Made by a program: the position numbers and the translations under genes
Assembly (NCBI RefSeq): GCF_021378375.1
Contig: NZ_CP076228.1
Coordinates: 570,001 to 602,000 of the forward strand
Direction: 5' to 3'
DNA: 32,000 nucleotides
Source: Wolbachia endosymbiont of Drosophila innubila
Lineage (GTDB): Bacteria; Pseudomonadota; Alphaproteobacteria; Rickettsiales; Anaplasmataceae
Part shown: piece after piece, positions 28,663 to 32,000 of the stretch
Numbering within the stretch: position 1 is the stretch's first letter
How the letters are laid out: each line of letters starts with the position of its first letter
The notes under the pieces: generated by a model
Databases searched by the model: none
Told to the model about the DNA's origin: nothing
What the model saw: the letters and a program-made list of their open reading frames with translations, nothing else

Positions 28663-31437
28663 TTACCTAGCAAATTTAGATCTAACACTAAACTGTGCTG
28701 CCACTAACTTTGCAATCGGTACTCTATAGGGTGAGCATGAAACATAATCCACCCCTGATTCGATGAGAAACTCTATAGATTTTGGATCTGCTCCATGCTC
28801 TCCACATATACCCAGTTTTATTTCTTTTCGGGTTTTTTTGCCTCTTTCAATGGCCATCTTGATTAACTCCCCTACCCCTTCGATGTCCAGCACTTCAAAT
28901 GGGTCGTTTTCGAATATGTTGCTTTCCTTATAAGAATCGAGGAAATTAACTGAATCATCTCTTGAAAGTCCCATGGTTGTTTGCGTTAAATCATTAGTGC
29001 CAAAACTAAAGAACTCTGCATGTTTTGCTAACTTATCAGCAATCAGTGCTGCTCTTGGTAGTTCTATCATCGTTCCAATTGAATAAGCCTTGTCTGATGT
29101 CATTCCAGCGCGTGAAGCTGGAATCTGCGTCTGGATCCCAGCTGAGATAACAGAGGATTCTTTCTTTGCTAGCTCGCATATCAGAATAAATTCTTTCTCG
29201 CTCATGATAAAAGGAATCATGATTTCAGGCTCCACTTCTATCTTCTTTTCTTTCTTTAATTCACTTGCAGCACTAAGTATTGCCCTAATCTGCATGCTAT
29301 ATATTTCAGGATGAGAAATAGCAAGTCTACAACCTCGATGGCCAAGCATTGGGTTCTTTTCTGATAACTGTGCTATTTTATTTTTTACTGACTCAACTGA
29401 CTTACTAAGTGATTTGGCAATTTTTTCTATAGTAGACTGATCATTGGGTAAAAATTCATGCAAAGGTGGATCAAGCAACCGTATAGTGACTTCCCTGCCC
29501 TCCATAATAGAAAATATTTCTTTGAAATCAGACTTTTGCATTTCTTCTAGTTTAATGAGCGCATTTGCCCTTTCATTTTCATCGTCAGCTATTATCAACT
29601 TTTGAATGAATTCGATTCTATCACTAGCGAAAAACATATGTTCTGTGCGACATAAGCCTATACCTTCTGCACCGAATTCTTTTGCAATTTTTGCGTCTTT
29701 TGGAGTATCAGCGTTCGCTCTCACTTTGACCGTTTTGATTTCACCTATCCAGTTGATTACCGTTTTGAATTCTTGCGATAATTCAGGTGAAATTGTAGGG
29801 AGAATGCCAAGCATAACCTCCCCTGTTCCTCCGTTGATGGTAATTGGTTCACCTTTATTTACTTTTGTATCCCCTACAGAAAAGAAAGTTCCATCTTTAT
29901 CGATATAAAGTCCACTCACACTGCAAATGCATGGCTTACCCATTCCACGGGTTACAACAGCAGCATGCGAGGTCATCCCTCCCCGTGCTGTTACTATGCC
30001 ACTTGCAGCATTCATTCCATTAATATCTTCAGGACTCGTTTCTGACCTTACTAAAATCACTTTTTTGCCCTGCTCTGCAGCTTTTTCAGCATCACTTGCA
30101 CTAAACACTACATATCCAGAAGCAACCCCTGGAGAAGCCGGCAGCCCCTTCCCTATTACTTTTTGGTCACTCTTAACGTCAAGAACTGGATGCAATAAAT
30201 TGTCAAAGGTTTTTGGATCAATTCTCAATATTCCTTCTTCTTTTGTAATCGTTCCTTCGTTTACCATATCAACTATTATGCGAATAGCAGCTTCAGCCGT
30301 GCGCTTGCCAGACCTAGTCTGCAAAATCCATAACTTACCGTCCTGCACAGTAAATTCGATATCCTGCATGTCTTTATAATGCCTTTCAAGTTTTTCACAT
30401 ACCACGCATAATTCTCGGTAGACACTTGGCAGCAACTTCTCCATGGTGTTTTTTTGCTCTCCGTCAATTGGCATAGGAGTATAAACACCAGAAACCACAT
30501 CCTCACCCTGAGCATTAATCAGAAATTCACCAAAGTATTTTTTTTCTCCAGTTGAAGGATTTCGTGTAAATATCACACCAGTTGCAGAATTATCATTTAA
30601 ATTACCAAAAACCATTGCTTGCACGTTGACCGCTGTTCCAAGGTTTTCAGGAATATTATGTATTTTTCTATAGGAAACAGCCCTATCATTTTTCCAAGAA
30701 GCAAATACTGCATTCACTGAGCTGAGCAATTGCTCTTCAACGTTCTGCGGAAAATGTTTTCCTGTTTTTTCATGTACTATCCTTTTGAAATTGTTAACAA
30801 TTTCTTTTAAAACATCAACATCAAGATCAGCTAAGCTTTTTGCTCCACTCTTTTGCTGCTTATTATCAACAACATCTTGAAATAGGTGATGATCAAGCTG
30901 TAGTACAACATTGGAGTACATCATGATGAAACGGCAGTAGCTATCGTAAGCAAAACGTTCGCCACTTTTTTTTGCAAGCCCAACAACGGTTTCATCATTT
31001 AGACCAACATTTAAAATAGTATCAAGCATGCCCGGCATTGAACTAACACTACCAGAGCGTATGGAAACTAATAAGGGATTATTTAAATCCCCAAATTTAC
31101 AACCGATGTCATTTTCAAGCATCGCCATGTAGTTTTTGATTCCACTACATATGTCATTCCAGTGCGTGACCACATTTTTTTCTGGATCCGAGTAGTCAGC
31201 TACTTGGATAACAGAAGATCTATTGTCTTGATAATAGACTTTGCAAGCAGAGGTGGAAATTGTGAAACCAGGTGGAACAGGAATGCCAACATTGCACATT
31301 TCTGCTAAATTTGCCCCCTTTCCTCCCAGCAGATTTTTCATTTCTGCATTGCCTTCGCATTTACCCTGGCTAAAGTAATGTATTAACTTTTCCCCCATCA
31401 TTTTCTCCGGATTTTCACTGATAAACACATTGTACAT
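28663..31437 (-). CDS. ppdK: Pyruvate, phosphate dikinase, with two in-frame palindromic repeat insertions
   Basis: [32 protein letters not shown]...[19 protein letters not shown]...[10 protein letters not shown]...[40 protein letters not shown]-like PPDK motifs. Confidence 0.97.
   Translation of the reverse strand: [924 protein letters not shown]
29095..29155. repeat. Palindromic-element-like repeat in frame in ppdK (C-terminal part)
   Basis: ATTCCAGC-GCGTGAA-GCTGGAAT (29102-29124). Encodes [20 protein letters not shown], compare IPVSRTGMTSD in carA. Confidence 0.8.
31152..31213. repeat. Palindromic-element-like repeat in frame in ppdK (N-terminal part)
   Basis: TGTCATTCCAGTGCGTGAC (31152-31170) and CTGGATCCGAGTAGTCAGCTACTTGGAT (31182-31209) are both identical to the carA element. 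Encodes [20 protein letters not shown]. Confidence 0.85.
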
Positions 31438-31608
31438 ATAGCTCCAATAAACCTGTGAGAACTTGAAACCTTAGGATAATAAATTTTACAAAATTTTGCA
31501 ACAACGTTCCTTACAACAACATCAGTAAAGTTAACAAAAAAGACGACAAATTATTGAATTATTATTAATAAGAATATATAATATAAAGATACATTTAAAA
31601 ATTTTTTT

Positions 31609-31890
31609 ATGGCTCTTTCTAAATTTCTCGACCCCAAGAATGATGTTGCGTTCCGGCGTATTTTTGGTACTGAAAAAAATAAAGACATCCTCATTCACTT
31701 TCTCAATGATATTTTGGGGTTCACTGGCAAAGATGAAATAAAAGAAATAGAATTCCTCAGCACTATTCAAGATGCTGAAATTGCCTCTAAAAAACAAAGT
31801 ATCGTTGATGTTCTTTGCAGAGATTCTAGTGGGAACAGGTATATAATTGAGATGGTGCGACCTGAAAGCCTTCGGTCATATTGTTTATAA
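31609..31890 (+). pseudogene. Rpn/PD-(D/E)XK nuclease-family transposase fragment
   Basis: MALSKFLDPKNDVAFRRIFGTEKNKDILIHFLNDILGF...DAEIASKKQSIVDVLCRDSSGNRYIIEM, then an abrupt change to VRPESLRSYCL*. The usual QVAR...RAQYY continuation is missing. Confidence 0.75.
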
Positions 31891-32000
31891 AAGGAGAGGA
31901 ATTCATTCAGAAAGAAACTGAAAGGATTCTAAAGCTTATTGAGCCAGATGTTTTGCCATCTGAGTCTACGCATCAGTGCGAATTGGGTAACCAGTTGGTG

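Overview
The window looks like a Wolbachia-type alphaproteobacterial endosymbiont chromosome. This rests on gene order, AT-rich composition, ISWpi1-like insertion sequences and in-frame palindromic repeats. From left to right it contains: the 3' end of a fabG-like gene; a VirB2-like gene; an M48/TPR peptidase gene whose 3' end is split by an IS5-family element; ribB, greA, atpA, atpH and a yraN-family gene; the full alpha/spc/S10 ribosomal cluster on the minus strand (rplQ to rpsJ, with adk and secY); a frameshifted tuf; tRNA-Gly(UCC) and tRNA-Tyr(GUA); carA; a small membrane protein; a remnant of a group II intron reverse transcriptase cut by a second, inverted ISWpi1-like copy; glpX; a frameshifted ankyrin-like gene; ppdK; and the start of a PD-(D/E)XK (Rpn-like) transposase/nuclease fragment. 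I found no convincing new defence system or CRISPR array. The most notable signals are: (1) palindromic repeat elements inserted in frame in carA and twice in ppdK, with hairpin relatives outside genes; (2) several genes frameshifted by apparent one-base shortening of homopolymers, including essential tuf, which may be assembly error; (3) two near-identical inverted IS copies flanking about 23.4 kb of housekeeping genes; (4) an IS/group II intron junction whose flanks show a past rearrangement.
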